This document shows positions 51,592 through 63,790 of a stretch of 64,000 bases of DNA, piece after piece (within the stretch, counting starts at the first letter, position 1; each line of letters starts with the position of its first letter). The stretch comes from Malacoraja senta (taxonomy: Eukaryota): assembly GCA_038087875.1 (NCBI GenBank), contig CM075991.1, forward strand, positions 8,310,001 through 8,374,000, read 5' to 3'. A program made the position numbers and the translations under genes. The notes under the pieces were generated by a model. That model worked only from the letters and a program-made list of their open reading frames with translations, was not told the origin of the DNA and ran no database searches.

Positions 51592-51785
51592 ACGGAGACG
51601 AGAGCTCCGTCCGGCAAGCTCAAGATTGGTCAAGAGTGTTTTGTTGTCATATGTCCCCCCGAGAGAATAATGCAATTCTTACTTGCAGCAGCACAAAAGA
51701 ATATGGAAACATTGTACACTGTAAAGAATATAATAAACGAGAGAGAGTGTGTGTGTGTGTGTGTGTATACACGGACTCGTTCGGT

Positions 51786-51813
51786 CTGATGAAGGGTCTC
51801 GACCCGAAACGTC
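51786..51813 (+). ncRNA. Minimal hammerhead ribozyme motif with canonical CUGAUGA
   Basis: GT-CTGATGA-A-GGGT CTCG ACCC-GAAAC-GTC-AC. Confidence 0.75.
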
Positions 51814-52037
51814 ACTCGTTCCGTCTCTCCAGAGATGCTGCGTGTCCCGCTGAGTTACTCCAGCATTTTGTGTCTATCTTCGGTGTAAACCAGCGTCTGC
51901 AGTTCCTTCCGACACACACACAAATATATATATACACAAGACAGACACAAAATGCTGGAGTAACTCAGCGGGGCAGGCAGCATCGCTGGAGAGAAGGAAT
52001 GTGTGGTTTTTGGGGTCGAGACCCTTCTTCGGTCTGA

Positions 52038-52590
52038 AGGGTCTGTCCTGCTTGGTGATTTTTTCGGCGACTGACGTATCAGGGTGGCTGAAAGATTTTG
52101 AAAATGTCTAAATCCAGCGGCGACAAAAAAAATGTTGCGACACTTGAGGAAACACCACGCGTCAATACGTCATCACGCCACATCACTCACTCACTCACTC
52201 ACTCACTGCCTATTATGCCACATGTAGGGCAGCAACGAAGGTCCTCCACTCAGTAGTGTTGATTCCTTCAGTTGCTGTTTCCGTAACATATGTGTTTTAC
52301 GAGACAGGGTTGTTAGCCCCGTGCTCAACCTCCAACCTGGAGGACCAGTGGATCGCTCTTCGTCTCGCCTCTACCCTTCCACCTGTCCAGCATGGGAGAC
52401 CCTAACAGGAGACGAATCTCCCGCTGGCATAGCTCTAGGGGTCACTGAGACACACACGCTCCCCGACCACGACAAGGTTGCAATCCAACGGGGAGACGCT
52501 GCAACACGCCTCAACTTTTTTTGGTGACCTGAAACGTCAGTCAATGATGCCGGCAGTCGCCGAAAAAAATCGCCAAGTGGGACAGGCACT
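52038..52590. mobile_element. PIF/Harbinger-like MITE hosting an RTE derivative, itself inside a PLE fragment
   Basis: AGGGTCTGTCCTGCTTGGTGATTTTTTCGGCGACTG / CAGTCGCCGAAAAAAATCGCCAAGTGGGACAGGCACT|TAA. Confidence 0.75.
52184..52495 (-). mobile_element. Bipartite non-autonomous RTE (5' UTR joined to 3' end) with (GTGA)n tail
   Basis: RTE-type 5' motif GGTCCTCCAGGTTGGAGGTTGAGCACGGGGCTAACAACCCTGTCTCGTAAAAC joined to TGGAGGACCTTCGTTGCTGCCCTACATG...(GTGA)n. Confidence 0.72.
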
Positions 52591-52774
52591 TAAGAGTCGG
52601 GGGAAAGAGAAATGAGAGATATAGATGGTGATGTAGAGAGATACAGAACAAATGAATGAACGATATGCAAAAAAGGATGGTAAAGGAAACAGGCTATAGT
52701 TAGCTGCTTGCTCGGAACACACACACACACACAAATAGTGCAACAATAACAAGAATAGTCTGTTGTAGTTCAGA

Positions 52775-53060
52775 GCTTATTTGAGGTTGTAGTGTTTCAT
52801 AGCCTGATGGCTGAAGGGAAGAAGCTGTCCCTGAACCTGGACGTTACAGTTCTCAGGCTCCTGTACCTTCTTCCCGATGACGGGGGTGAAAAGAGTGTGT
52901 GGGTCTCTGACGATGCTGGCTGCCATTTTGAGGCAGCGACTCCCGTAAATCCCTTCGATGGCGTGGAGGTCAGAGCCTGTGATGGACTGGGCAGTGTTCA
53001 CCACTTTATTTTGCAGTGTCCTTCGCTCCTGGGCGCTCAAGTAGCCGAACCAGGCCGTGA
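52775..53060 (-). mobile_element. Rex1-like 3' fragment
   Basis: VTAWFGYLSAQERRTLQNKVVNTAQSITGSDLHAIEGIYGSRCLKMAASIVRDP. Confidence 0.85.
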
Positions 53061-53506
53061 CGCGCCCCTTGGATGTAAGATGGCGTGGAAGAGGCGAGTG
53101 GGAAACAGGCGGCAGACGGGGTCTGTTTTTAGACAATCACTTCTGTGCTGCCCAATGATGAACATGACATCTGAAGTGTCAGCAGTAGTTTCCATTTATA
53201 CTGCATCTTTAACATGGCACGCATGTCCCCAGGCACCTGATAAGAGGATTATCAAACAAAAACAAAATTCGACACTTCAAACGATGTTCAGCTGGGTGAC
53301 TGACAATTTGGTTGTAGTAAGGAGCGGGCTTACAGGGAGGGTAGACACAAAAAGCTGGAGTAACTCAGCGGGACGGGCAGCATCTCCGGAGAGAGGTTTC
53401 GGGCTGAGACCCTTCTTCAGACTGTGATAACAGCAGTCGTGCCTGGTGATGGAGTGGGAGGGAAATAGTGAGGGTGCGTGGGTGAAACAGGCTCAAATGC
53501 AATAAC

Positions 53507-53741
53507 TCCCAATTCTCCCAATTCTGCTAGCCCTTGCTGTCCCCTCCCCTTCATCAGCCATCTGGTTGTCTCCTCCCCTCCCCCAGGCCTCGGGCTCCTC
53601 CTCCGCCTTTTTCCTTTTTTCCTTTCTTCTCCCCACCCCCTATCAGTCTGAAGAAGGGTTTCGGCCCGAAACGTTACCTGTTTCCTTCGCTCCATAGATG
53701 CTGCTGCACCCGCTGAGTTTCTCCAGCATTTTTGTGTACCT
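53507..53741 (+). mobile_element. PLE terminal fragment with intact hammerhead (53648-53676) and 14-bp TSD
   Basis: TCAAATGCAATAAC at 53493-53506 and 53742-53755. Confidence 0.85.
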
Positions 53742-54102
53742 TCAAATGCAATAACCATTGGTTCAATGACTCATCCGCACTTGCAGTAACTCCCACGCAA
53801 CTAGCTGTTGTGACAAAGATAGACAGAGTACTGGAGTAACTCAACGGGTCAGGCAGCATCTCTGGAGAACCGGAGGGCAGATGATGGCTGCAAAACTAAC
53901 TGCTGGGAAGGGAGGGGACGGCACGGTGGTGCAGCGGTAGAGTTGCTCCATACAGCGCCAGAGACCCGGGTTCGATCCTGACCACGGGTGCTGTGTGTAC
54001 GGAGTTTGGGATTTCTCCTGGTGCTCAGGTTTCCTCCCACAATCCAAAGACGTGCAGGTTTGTTTGTAGGTTCATTGGCTTTGGTAGAATTGTAAATTGT
54101 CA

Positions 54103-55670
54103 ATAGTCAATAGTCAGATTTATTCATCACATACACAATGAAGTGCAGTGAAATGAATTTGCCAGCAGCGGTACAATAAAAAAGAACACACAATACACAA
54201 TATAAATCTAACACAAACATCCCCACAGCATTCATCACTGTGGTGGAAGGCACAAAGTTCAGTCAGTCCTCCTCCATTTTTCCCCGTGGTCGGGACCACA
54301 AACCTCCGCAGACGCCGCTGCGGGCGGCCAGGTGTACATGCCCTCTCGTCTGGAAGGCAAGTCCCGAATCGGTGCTTCGCTACCGGAGACCGCGGCTTCA
54401 AGATGTTGTAGGCCGCAGGCCGGCGGTCGGAGCTCTTCTCCAGGGATCCCCAGCGAGGGACCCCGCTCCGGATGGTAAGTAAGTAAGTAAGTCTGAGGTT
54501 AAATGTGAGGTTATCCATTTTGGTGGCAAAAACAGGAAAGCAGACTATTTTCTAAATGGTGGCCGACTAGGAAAAGGGGAGATGCAGCGAGACCTGGGTG
54601 TCATGGTACACCAGTCATTGAAAGTAGGCATGCAGGTGCAGCAGGCAGTGAAGAAAGCTAATGGTATGTTAGCTTTCATAGCAAAAGGATTTGAGTATAG
54701 GAGCAGGGAGGTTCTACTGCAGTTGTACAGGGTCTTGGTGAGACCACACCTGGAGTATTGCGTACAGTTTTGGTCTCCTAATCTGAGGAAGGACATTATA
54801 GCCATAGAGGGAGTGCAAAGAAGGTTCACCAGACTGATTCCTGGGATGGCAGGACTTTCATATGAAGAAAGACTGGATAGACTTGGCTTATACTCGCTAG
54901 AATTTAGGAGATTGAGAGGGGATCTTATAGAAACGTACAAAATTCTTATGGGGTTGGACAGGCTAGATGCAGATGTTCCCGATGTTGGGGGAAGTCCAGG
55001 ACAAGGGTCACAGCTTAAGGATAAGGGGAAATCCTTTAAGACCGAGATGAGAAAAAACTTTTTCACACAGAGAGTGGTGAATCTCTGGAACTCTCTGCCA
55101 CAAAGGTAGTTGAGGCCAGTTCATTGGCTATATTTAAGAGGGAGTTAGATGTGGCCCTTGTGGCTAAAGGATCAGGGGGTATGGAGAGAAGGCAGGTACG
55201 GGATACTGAGTTGGATGATCAGCCATGATCATATTGAATGGCGGTGCAGGCTCGAAGGGCCGAATGGCCTACTCCTGCACCTATTTTCTATGTATCTATG
55301 TAAGTCCCCGCCACGCCCCGCGGCTAGAAGCACCGCAGTCCACGGCTTCAGGCTGCCGCTGGCCAGCAATCGGAGCATTCCCTTCTGACGACCCCCTGGC
55401 AAGGGCTCGCCCGCTCAGCGATGAAAAAGTCCACGCTGCGCCCGCTGCTGAAGCTCCGGGCCCGTCTCCGGGAAAGGTGTTAGGCCGCCAGGGACGCGAC
55501 ATGGAAAAAGTCGCCTCTCCGTGGAGGAGGCAACCGAAAGCGGTTCCCCCCCCTTACCCCACCAAACCACCCCCCCCCACACAAGACACACCGAGAGACA
55601 TTAAAACTAACATTTAGACATACAAAAAAAAAAAAAACGTAGAATTGACTAACATGTTGCTGGCAGGCAG
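54103..55670 (-). mobile_element. GC-rich non-autonomous retroelement split by a CR1 insertion
   Basis: ...CTCCGGATGGTAAGT [CR1] GTAAGTCCCCGCC... parallels 19930-19960; (GACTATT)n tail at 54103. Confidence 0.65.
54495..55298 (+). mobile_element. CR1/HER1 ORF2 3' portion
   Basis: ORF 54582-55109 QRDLGVMVHQSLKV...KKANGMLAFI...LVRPHLEYCVQFWSP. Confidence 0.95.
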
Positions 55671-56287
55671 CCTTCTCACAGCACCCTATCCCTAGTGTGC
55701 AGGATAGTGCTGGTATATGGGGATCGCTGGTCGGCGAGAACTCGGTGGCCAAAGGGCCTGTTTCTGCGCTGTAACTCTAAAGCCTAAAAAAAGGAGCTTC
55801 AAGGTTGCTAAAATGGTGGAAGAGGTCAACATACAGATGTGCAGTTTGTTAGATTCACCCTTCGACCTGTTGACGTTAAGCCACAAAGATCATGATTTTG
55901 GTTTAAACCAGCATCTGCAGCTCCTTCCCACACAAGGCAGCGTTTTGCATCCCTTCTATGACTTTAGAACGCTTGCAGTGTATAAGTTAGTTCATCGCTT
56001 TCCTTGACTTCACTGTAAAGGCATGTTTCTGGCTGGGGCCGTGGTTTCAGGACCATGGGAGCCGCTTCATAATGTAAACTATTTGCTGCTCTTTCACGGA
56101 ATTATCTCGCTCCAATCAATTTTACTCGACTAAGGTCAGGAATGTTAAGCTAAAGATTAGGATTTGTTCCAGGAATCCTTGCTGATCGACAGACAAATGC
56201 CCGGCTGCAGCTACAGAGTGCAACTCAATCTCCAAAAATCGCCCGCGTGTTTGTGTCACAATCAGAGCTGCGAAATTGTTTATTTGC

Positions 56288-56655
56288 ATTTAGTTTAGTT
56301 TAGTTTGGAGATACAGCGCGGAAACAGGCCCTTCGGCCCACCGTGACCGCGCCGACCAGCGATCCCCGCACACTAACACTATCCTACACACACTAGGGAC
56401 CATGTACAATCTTTACCAAAGCCAATTAACCTTCCTTCACACAGGGGATAATGTACAATTTTACCAAAGCCAATCGATCTGCAAACCTGTACGTCTTTGG
56501 AGTGTGGGGAGGAAGCCAGAGCACCCGGTGGAAACCCACGCGGTCACGGGGAGGACGTACAAACTCCGTACAGACAGCACCCGTAGTCAGGCCCGAACCC
56601 GGGGTCTCTGGTGCTGTAAGGCAGCAAATCTACCGCTGCGCCACTGTGCCGCCCC
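56288..56655 (-). mobile_element. HE1-like SINE with an internal duplication of about 50 bp
   Basis: ATGTACAAT(C/T)TTTACCAAAGCCAAT occurs twice inside the SINE. Confidence 0.88.
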
Positions 56656-56829
56656 TTTATGTTTACAAACCTCACAAAGAAAGATCCCACTGGGAAGAAA
56701 GCTTTCTTTTTTAGCATTTGCAACACTAGCAATGAAAACAGCGTGGTCTTAGTCACAATGCTTCTGATAGTCTCGGTCAAAGTTTCCAGCAAAGTATTAT
56801 GTGGTTTCAGGCTCCAGAGAGCTTTATTT

Positions 56830-57475
56830 AACTCTACCCTCTCTCACACCCCCCGCTGCTGAAAGACTCATCCATGCCTTCATCTCCTCCCGACTGGACT
56901 ACTGTAACTCTCTTCTCTTTGGCATCAATTCCAGCAACATCAACCGACTCCAACTGGTCCAGAATGCAGCCGCTCGACTCATTACCCACACCAAATCCTG
57001 GCACCACATCACCCCAGTCTCAAAGAACTTCACTGGCTTCCCATTTCCCACCGGATCATCTACAAAATCCTGGTCCTCACCTACAAAGCCCTCAACCACT
57101 TGGCCCCCCCTTATCTCACTGACCTCCTCTCCCCCTACCAACCCTCACGGTCCTCAGATCCACATCAGCCGGTCTCCTCTCCACTCCGAAATCAAACCTC
57201 TGCACTTTTGGAGGCAGAGCCTTCTCCAGGGCAGCTCCCAGGCTCTGGAATTCCCTCCACAACTGATCCGAAATTCTGAGTCCCTCACCATCTTCCAGTC
57301 CCGCCTCAAGACCCATCTCTTCACCTCTGCATACCCTTAGTCCATGTCCCCCTCCCCTTTGCATCTCTGTCTTACTGCTCTATTTTTAAATTTTTTATTT
57401 TACTCTCAATGTAAAGCGACTTTGAGTCCTTGAAAAGCGCTATATAAATAAAATGTATTATTATTATTATTATTA
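56830..57475 (+). mobile_element. L2-clade LINE 3' end
   Basis: AERLIHAFISSRLDYCNSLL...RLQLVQNAAARLIT...HITPV; tail TGTAAAGCGACTTTGAG...AAAAGCGCTATATAAAT(TAT)n. Confidence 0.93.
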
Positions 57476-58344
57476 CCCATTTTTTACACCAAAGTGCAAG
57501 ATCAATGTTTTTAATTGTTCTCCTGATGCACTAATTATTAACTCATGCTGAAGTGTGGAGAAGGTGCAGTCAGTGGTCAGTCAGATGTAGATGCAAGGAA
57601 CTGCAGTCCTCCCAAAAAAGACACAAAGTGCTGGAGTAACAGGTTTGAAGGAAGGAACTGCAGATGCTGGTTTACATCAAAGATAGATGTAATCCGAAGA
57701 TAGACACAAAAAGCTGGAGTAACTCAGCGCGACAGGCACATCTCTGGAGAGAAGGAATGGGTGATGTTTCGGGTCGAGACCTTCCTCAGTCTGAAGAAGT
57801 GTCTCAAACACATACTCCTTCTTCTCTTAATTGGAGCTTCTTGGAGAAAACCCACGCACATCACAGGGAGATCGTGCAAACTCCGTACACACAGCACCCG
57901 ATCGAACACAGGGCTCTGGCGCTGTGAGGCAGCAACTCTCCCGTGACACCACCGTGCCACTCCTAACGTTGCGTATCCATGTTCTCCAGAGATGCTGCCC
58001 AACCTATTGAGGTACTGCAGCACTTTGAGACTTTCCTTTTGTAGACTATCATGTGCAGTGCCTTATTTCTGGGGAGAAGCAGGAGAATGTTTATGTTTAA
58101 GTTGTAGGAGCAGAATGAGGCCGTTTGGCCCATCAAGTCAACTCCGCCATTCAATCATGACTGATCTATCAACCCCATTCTCCTGCCTTCTCCCCATAAC
58201 CTCTGACACCCGCCCGCACTAATCAAGAATCTATCTATTGATTTGAGAGGGAAAAATAGATCACCCATGATTGAATGGTGGAGTAGACTAGTTGGGCCGA
58301 ATGGGCCTAATTCTGCTTCTATGTCTTATGGACTACTAACAGTA

Positions 58345-58682
58345 GGCCCCCCTCGGCCATGACTGACCATGGGTGATGCATCTGGTCGGATGCCAAGCTT
58401 GGGCGATGTCATATGGAGGACAGGCTGTTGCCCCCATGCAGCACGTCCCCCCCTCTCCACGTCGCTGATCGATCCAGAAGGAACAGCAGGGCCGTTACAG
58501 TTTTGGCACCAGGCGGCCGTCGCAGGAGCTGCCAGTAGCGAGGTTGTAGACGAACGTCGAACTGCCTTAAGGGCTCCGACTCGGATTTTCTTGAGGTTGT
58601 TACTCTCATGGAGCCTTTTTCCATGACTGGATGATGGTCCACAAGGCAGTGGAGGTTTGAATCAGAGTTTTCCCTCTCCTAG

Positions 58683-58716
<34 letters not shown>

Positions 58717-59745
58717 ATTTTATTCTATGGGCGCCTTATACCAAAGTCTCAAGGACACCTTACAGAGTTTAACAAGTAAGAAACATATAATCGGAGTAAA
58801 ATAAATTATAAAGACATCACCAATACACAAATTAAAGACAGAATTCGATCCAAAGACAAAAAAAAAATCAGAAACACAATGTGAAGAGAGAGCAGCGGCA
58901 GCCTAAACCGCGCCAGCGTCCACTCTCCCTTCCGACCGCCATCTTGGACACAGACTAAAATAGACACTACATACAAAATCATCCCCCCACAATGGTTACC
59001 ACTGTGGGGGAAGGCACAATGTCCAGTCCCCATCACAGTTCTCCCAAAGTCAGGCCTATTGAGGCCTCCGCTATTGCCTCAACGGAGGCCCGATGTTCCT
59101 GTCTGTCTCACCGGGTGCTGTTGCCCCGGCGTCGGGGAGAGTCCTCTCAGCGGCTGGGCCCCTGGAACGGCCGCTTCCTTACCGAGGCCGCGGCTTCCGA
59201 AGCCGACCAAGGGCCGCGACGGTTTGGAGCTCCCAGGCTCCGATGTTGAAGTCGGTGCCGCCCGCTGCGCTCCGCAGACCCGCAGCCCGGAGGTGTTGAA
59301 CTCGGCGGTCACAGCTCCAGCGCTGCGATCCTGCACGGCGACCCAGGCAAGGCATCGCCCGCCTCCGCTCCACGATAGCGCTCCAGCGCTGTGCCGCCAC
59401 CGAAGCTGAAGGTGCTGGGCGGTCCCCGCCAGGAAACGGCGCTCCACGCCCGCTGGTAGGCCACGAGGACTGGGTCGACGGGGCAGCCCGGAGAAAAAGG
59501 CTGCCTCACCGACCAGGTACGGGACCTAGAATAAGGTTACACCCTCGCCCCTACATTAAAAGTCCAGTTCTCCTACAGACAGCACACAAGACTAACTAAA
59601 ACTACAAAAAAAAAAAGTGAATTAAACGGACGGCTGCTGATTAGCAGCCGTTCACCAAGATGGCTGACGAGCCCCATCTGCCCGAGACTCGTGGGGGCGG
59701 GGAGCGTCTACCTTCCCGGTGCTCTATAGCACCTGCCCACTGCCC
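58345..59745 (-). mobile_element. RTE-derived non-autonomous element (58345-58683 plus 59661-59745) interrupted by a GC-rich L2-tailed element
   Basis: RTE tail CCATGACTGACCATGGGTGATGCATC; TTCCCTCTCCTAGAT...GGCTGACGAGCCCCATCTGCCCG resembles an RTE 5' UTR. Confidence 0.55.
58683..59660 (-). mobile_element. About 1-kb GC-rich non-coding retroelement with an L2-like (TAT)n tail
   Basis: Minus tail TGTAAGGTGTCCTTGAG...AAGGCGCCCATAGAATAAAATGTA(TTA)n; CpG-rich body; no LINE-like ORF. Confidence 0.7.
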
Positions 59746-59899
59746 AACATGCCAAAGATATTGCAGAAAATATTTTTGTTCCTTGTATGAAACAGTTTAA
59801 TGATGTCTGAAGCACAACACAACGTTCAAAGAAATAATCACCAAACCCTGACTGTATATCGGTGCTCTGTTTAAATTGGCTCCGGGCTGGTGTGAGTGT

Positions 59900-60250
59900 T
59901 ACCTTGCCGAGATGCGAGTTGTTTTCCAGATCGTATCTCCGGTCACTCTGCGGCCTAACATCGTGGAGCTGGAGGCCTTGCTCGGGACTGACTTTGAGCC
60001 CCACCGCGGGGGCGTGGACTTACCATCGGAGCCGATTCCTTGCCTGGGATCGACGCTCCAACCGCGGCCTGCGGACTTTAACGTCAAGGAGCTCGCAGTC
60101 TCGGTAGAGACCGATGTCGGGAAGCTCCAAAAGCCGCGCGAAGTTCGACTAGCCACGACCCGGGGTAGATCGCCCGGCGCGGGGGGAGCTGAGATCCCCC
60201 CCTCCCGATGCAGGAGGTTGTTCGCCCCGACGAGGAGGCCCTCCGCCGGT
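59900..60250 (+). mobile_element. Fragment of the GC-rich element family
   Basis: Close reverse-complement match to 19720-20045 (GCGGCCTAACATCGTGGAGCTGGAG...CTTACCATCGGAGCCGAT). Confidence 0.75.
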
Positions 60251-61318
60251 TACCCTGTACGTCTTTGGAGTGTGGGAGTGTGGGAGGGAGACCGAAGATT
60301 TCGGGAAAAAAAACCATGCGGTCACGGGGAGAACGTACAAACTCCACACAGACAAGCACTCCTAAGTCAGGATCGACCCGGGGTCTCTGTAGTAAGGCAG
60401 CATTGCCGTTCCGCAGGCGTACCGAGGTACAGTGGAAAGCTTTTGCTGGCGTGCTAACCAGCCAGCGGAAAGGCAGGACGTGATTACAATCCAGCCGTCC
60501 ACAGTGTAAGAGATACACGATAAAAGGAGTCACATTTCACTACCCGCCTGGTCGACAGTGCGGAGATGTCCATCCACGTGATATAATGGGGTCGTTTAGC
60601 ATGTCGTGCTCAGGAGGAGAGGAAAAACATATTAATATGATGAAGAATCTAAGAGGGATGCTCAGCCACGTGATTGATGGAAGGAGGGGGATGAAGGGGG
60701 TGTTGGGGAAACTGCGCTTTGACCCAGTAAAGTGTGGGATTCATACTTCATACGAAGAAATGAATTATGCACAGCAGCCAGCTACCCGGGTCAGGGTATT
60801 ATGTTACTACTGCGTAAACACGTTCTGACCACATCGCAAAACCGTCTGGCTGGCAGATTACACACTGCGATGTTACACATTAGACATCGATCAGGTTTCC
60901 CTCTCTGGATAACTCGAATGAGTGACCCCCTGTATGTGGTATGTGGCAGCTCACTCTGGTGCCTTCACAGATTTGTTATCAAACAAACCTCGACAAGATT
61001 GATAGAGGAAGGAACTGCAGATGCTGTTTACACCGAAGATGGACACAAAATACTGGAGTAACTCAGCGGGACAGGCAGCATCTCTGGAGAGATTTCAGTC
61101 TGAAGACCCAGAACGTCACCTACTCCCTTTTCTCCGGAGCTGCTGCCTGGTCCGCTGGGTTACGCCAGCATTTTGTGTCTATCTACAAGATCAATTTAGT
61201 TTTGTTTAGAGATGCAGCGTGGGAAACAGGCCCTTCGGCCCACCAAGTCCAGGTCAACCAAAAATTACCCAAACAGAAGTTCCACCCAACACACTGGGGG
61301 CAAATTACAGAAGCCAAT

Positions 61319-61457
61319 GGGGTGGAAGATTGCAACCTTCACGTGGTCTGCCCTGTTTCGACTAATGCAATCAACTTGACGTGCACAAACGGAAGATCAA
61401 AATAGAACAAGTTGTCCAACAACTTTAGGCGCTGTGCACGCCACACGAAAGAAGAAG
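61319..61457 (+). mobile_element. 139-bp non-autonomous retroelement with a Vingi-like 3' end, inside an HE1 SINE
   Basis: Perfect 12-bp TSD ACAGAAGCCAAT (61307-61318, 61458-61469); ends CACACGAAAGAAGAAG, like 45110 CACACGACAGAAGAC. Confidence 0.7.
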
Positions 61458-61957
61458 ACAGAAGCCAATTAAGTTAAAAACCTGCACGCCTTTTGGAATG
61501 TGGGAGGAAACCGAGCACCTGGAAGAACCCACACGGTCACAGGCAGAGTATGCAAACTCCACATAGACAGCAACCGTGGTCAGACTCAGGATCGAACCCG
61601 GGTCTCTGGTGCTGTAAAGCAGCAACTCTACCGCTGCGTCACTGGGCCGCCCTCGAGATAGTGGGGCAAATCCCAGAATGACGAGCAGGGAGGTAGATTT
61701 TGAGGGAGGCCGTGAATGGAGGAGGAGAGGCGGAGAGTTTAAGGGAATTATTTTTTTCAGCCTACTGCAGCATGGCTGCCGCTAGTGAACGTTATTAAAA
61801 TCCAGGGGGTTGCGCAAGTGATCAGAATGAACCAAACTCAGAGGCGATTCTTATTGTTGACATCACAAGAATGAAAAGAGTGAGAAACTTGGAAGCAAGT
61901 GACGTTCCACGCAGAATGAAACGCAAAAGAATTGGTTGAGAAAGATAATATTTTGTA

Positions 61958-62235
61958 TTTAAGAAGGAACTGCAGATGCTGGAAAATCGTAGGTAGACAA
62001 AAGTGCTGGAGAAACTCAGCGGGTGCAGCAGCAGTCTATGGAGCGAAGGAAATAGGCAAACGTTTCGGGCCGAAACCCTTCATCCAGACTGGTGATATTA
62101 TTTTGTAGTTTGGAGTTGAAGATCAGTCTGAAGAAGGGTCTCGACCTGAAACGTCGCCCATTCTTTCTCTCCAGAGATGCTGCCTGCCTCACCCGCTGAG
62201 TTACTCCAGCATTTTGAGTCTACCTTCAATAATAT
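61958..62235. mobile_element. Two adjacent opposite PLE mini-elements with TSD-like flanks
   Basis: GATAATATTTTGTA / GATATTATTTTGTA around the first; TTTGGAGTTG repeated around the second. Confidence 0.75.
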
Positions 62236-62324
62236 TTTGGAGTTGCAAGCTATTTTTCTGAAGGCATTGTGAGGAGTATTCTAACATGTATGCACCTCGT
62301 TTTCTCTGTATCATCCACAATCCT

Positions 62325-62698
62325 CATCATTTGGAGGGGAGGATGCTCCTCAAACTGCGGAGCATCCTGGACAATACAGCTCACCCCCTCCATGACACAC
62401 TGGTCAACCTTAGGAGCACCTTCAGCAACAGACTGGTTCCACCAAGATGCAGCACAGAACGCCACAGGAGATCCTTCTTCCTGTGGCTATCAAACTGTAC
62501 AACTCCTCCCCCTTCTGTCGTGGGGTAGACTGAGACTGACTCCCTGCCTCCTCCCCCCCTCCCCCCAATCTTTGCACATCCCCAATCCTTTCCACTCGTC
62601 ACTTTAATTTCATGTTTCGTGTATTTGTGTTTTTATGACCGTTGGCAGATCAATTCCCCTCCTGGGATAAAATAAAGTTCTATCACATCGTATCGTAT
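62325..62698 (+). mobile_element. Rex1-like 3' end
   Basis: MLLKLRSILDNTAHPLHDTLVNLRSTFSNRLVPPRCSTERHRRSF; (TATCG)n tail; antisense copy at about 21165-21360. Confidence 0.82.
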
Positions 62699-63507
62699 TA
62701 CTCTACACTCCTCTACCTTTTCAACCCACTTCTGGTTTAAAAAGCTGCAGGTGTCTGAAGAAGGGTCCTAACCCAAATCGTCACCTCTCCGTTCTTTCCT
62801 CGAGAAGCTGCCTGACCCGCCGAGTTCCTCCAGCATGTTGTGTTGTTGCTCGGGGAATTCCAGCGCCTGCAGTTCCTTGCGTCTCCTGATCTTTATCACT
62901 TCCTCTTGTGGCCTCCGGACCTCTGCGTTCACGTGGGTCCCTGTGCCTGGTGAGTCTAAGGAATGGTCAGCTGGAACGGTGGGCTGTGTGGGCTGTGAAC
63001 AGTCATAAGAGACTGTGGGGGGGGAGGTTATGGAGGGGAAAAGTAACACTTCTGCAAAGCTGATAACCAACATGTGAGAAATGTGAGCCTTGTGATACCC
63101 GCACTAATCAAGGGAAAGCTAGTGCTGGTATCAGGGGTTATTGGGGGGGGGGGGGGGGGGAGGCAGGAGAATGGGGTTGAAAGGGAAAGTGATCGAATGG
63201 CAGAATAGACTTGATGGGGCCGAATGGCCTAATTCTGCTCCTATCACTTCTGAACTTAAATATCTGGACAAGCACATGAAATAGACGGCTGTGGATCAAG
63301 TGCTAGGAAATGGGATCCGTCTGGAAAACTACTTGACAGCTGGCACGGATAGCCTGGGCCAAGGGCACTTCTTCTGCACTGTGTGGCCCTCTTGTCGGGA
63401 CGGCGGTAGAGTTGCTGCCTTACCGGCGCCAGAGACCCGGGTTCAATCCCGACGTTTCTGCCTGGGACCACGTGGGTTTCCACCAGTTCCTCCCACATCG
63501 CAAACAA

Positions 63508-63790
63508 ATTTAAGAATAAGGGGTAGGCCATTTAGGACTGAGATGAGGGAGAAACGTTTTCACCCAGAGAGTTGTGAATCTGTGGAATTCTCTGCCACAG
63601 AAGGCAGTGAGGCCAATTCACTGGATGTTTTCATGAGAGAGTTAGATGGAGCTCCTAGGGCTAACGGAATCAAGGGATGTGGGGAGAAAGCAGGAACGGG
63701 GTACTGATTTTGGATGATCAGCCGTGATCATATTGAATGGCAGGGCTGGCGCTAAGGGCTGAATGGCCTTCTCCTGCACCAATGTTTCTG
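63508..63790 (+). mobile_element. CR1 3' end inserted in a SINE
   Basis: LRIRGRPFRTEMR...LWNSLP; tail motif. Confidence 0.85.

Noticed and set aside
59059..60457. Multiple GC-rich ORFs resembling a CpG-island gene start
   Set aside because: Inside dispersed GC-rich repeats; open frames are explained by low stop frequency
62880..62955. Strong donor CTG|GTGAGT
   Set aside because: No supported acceptor or recognisable reading frame
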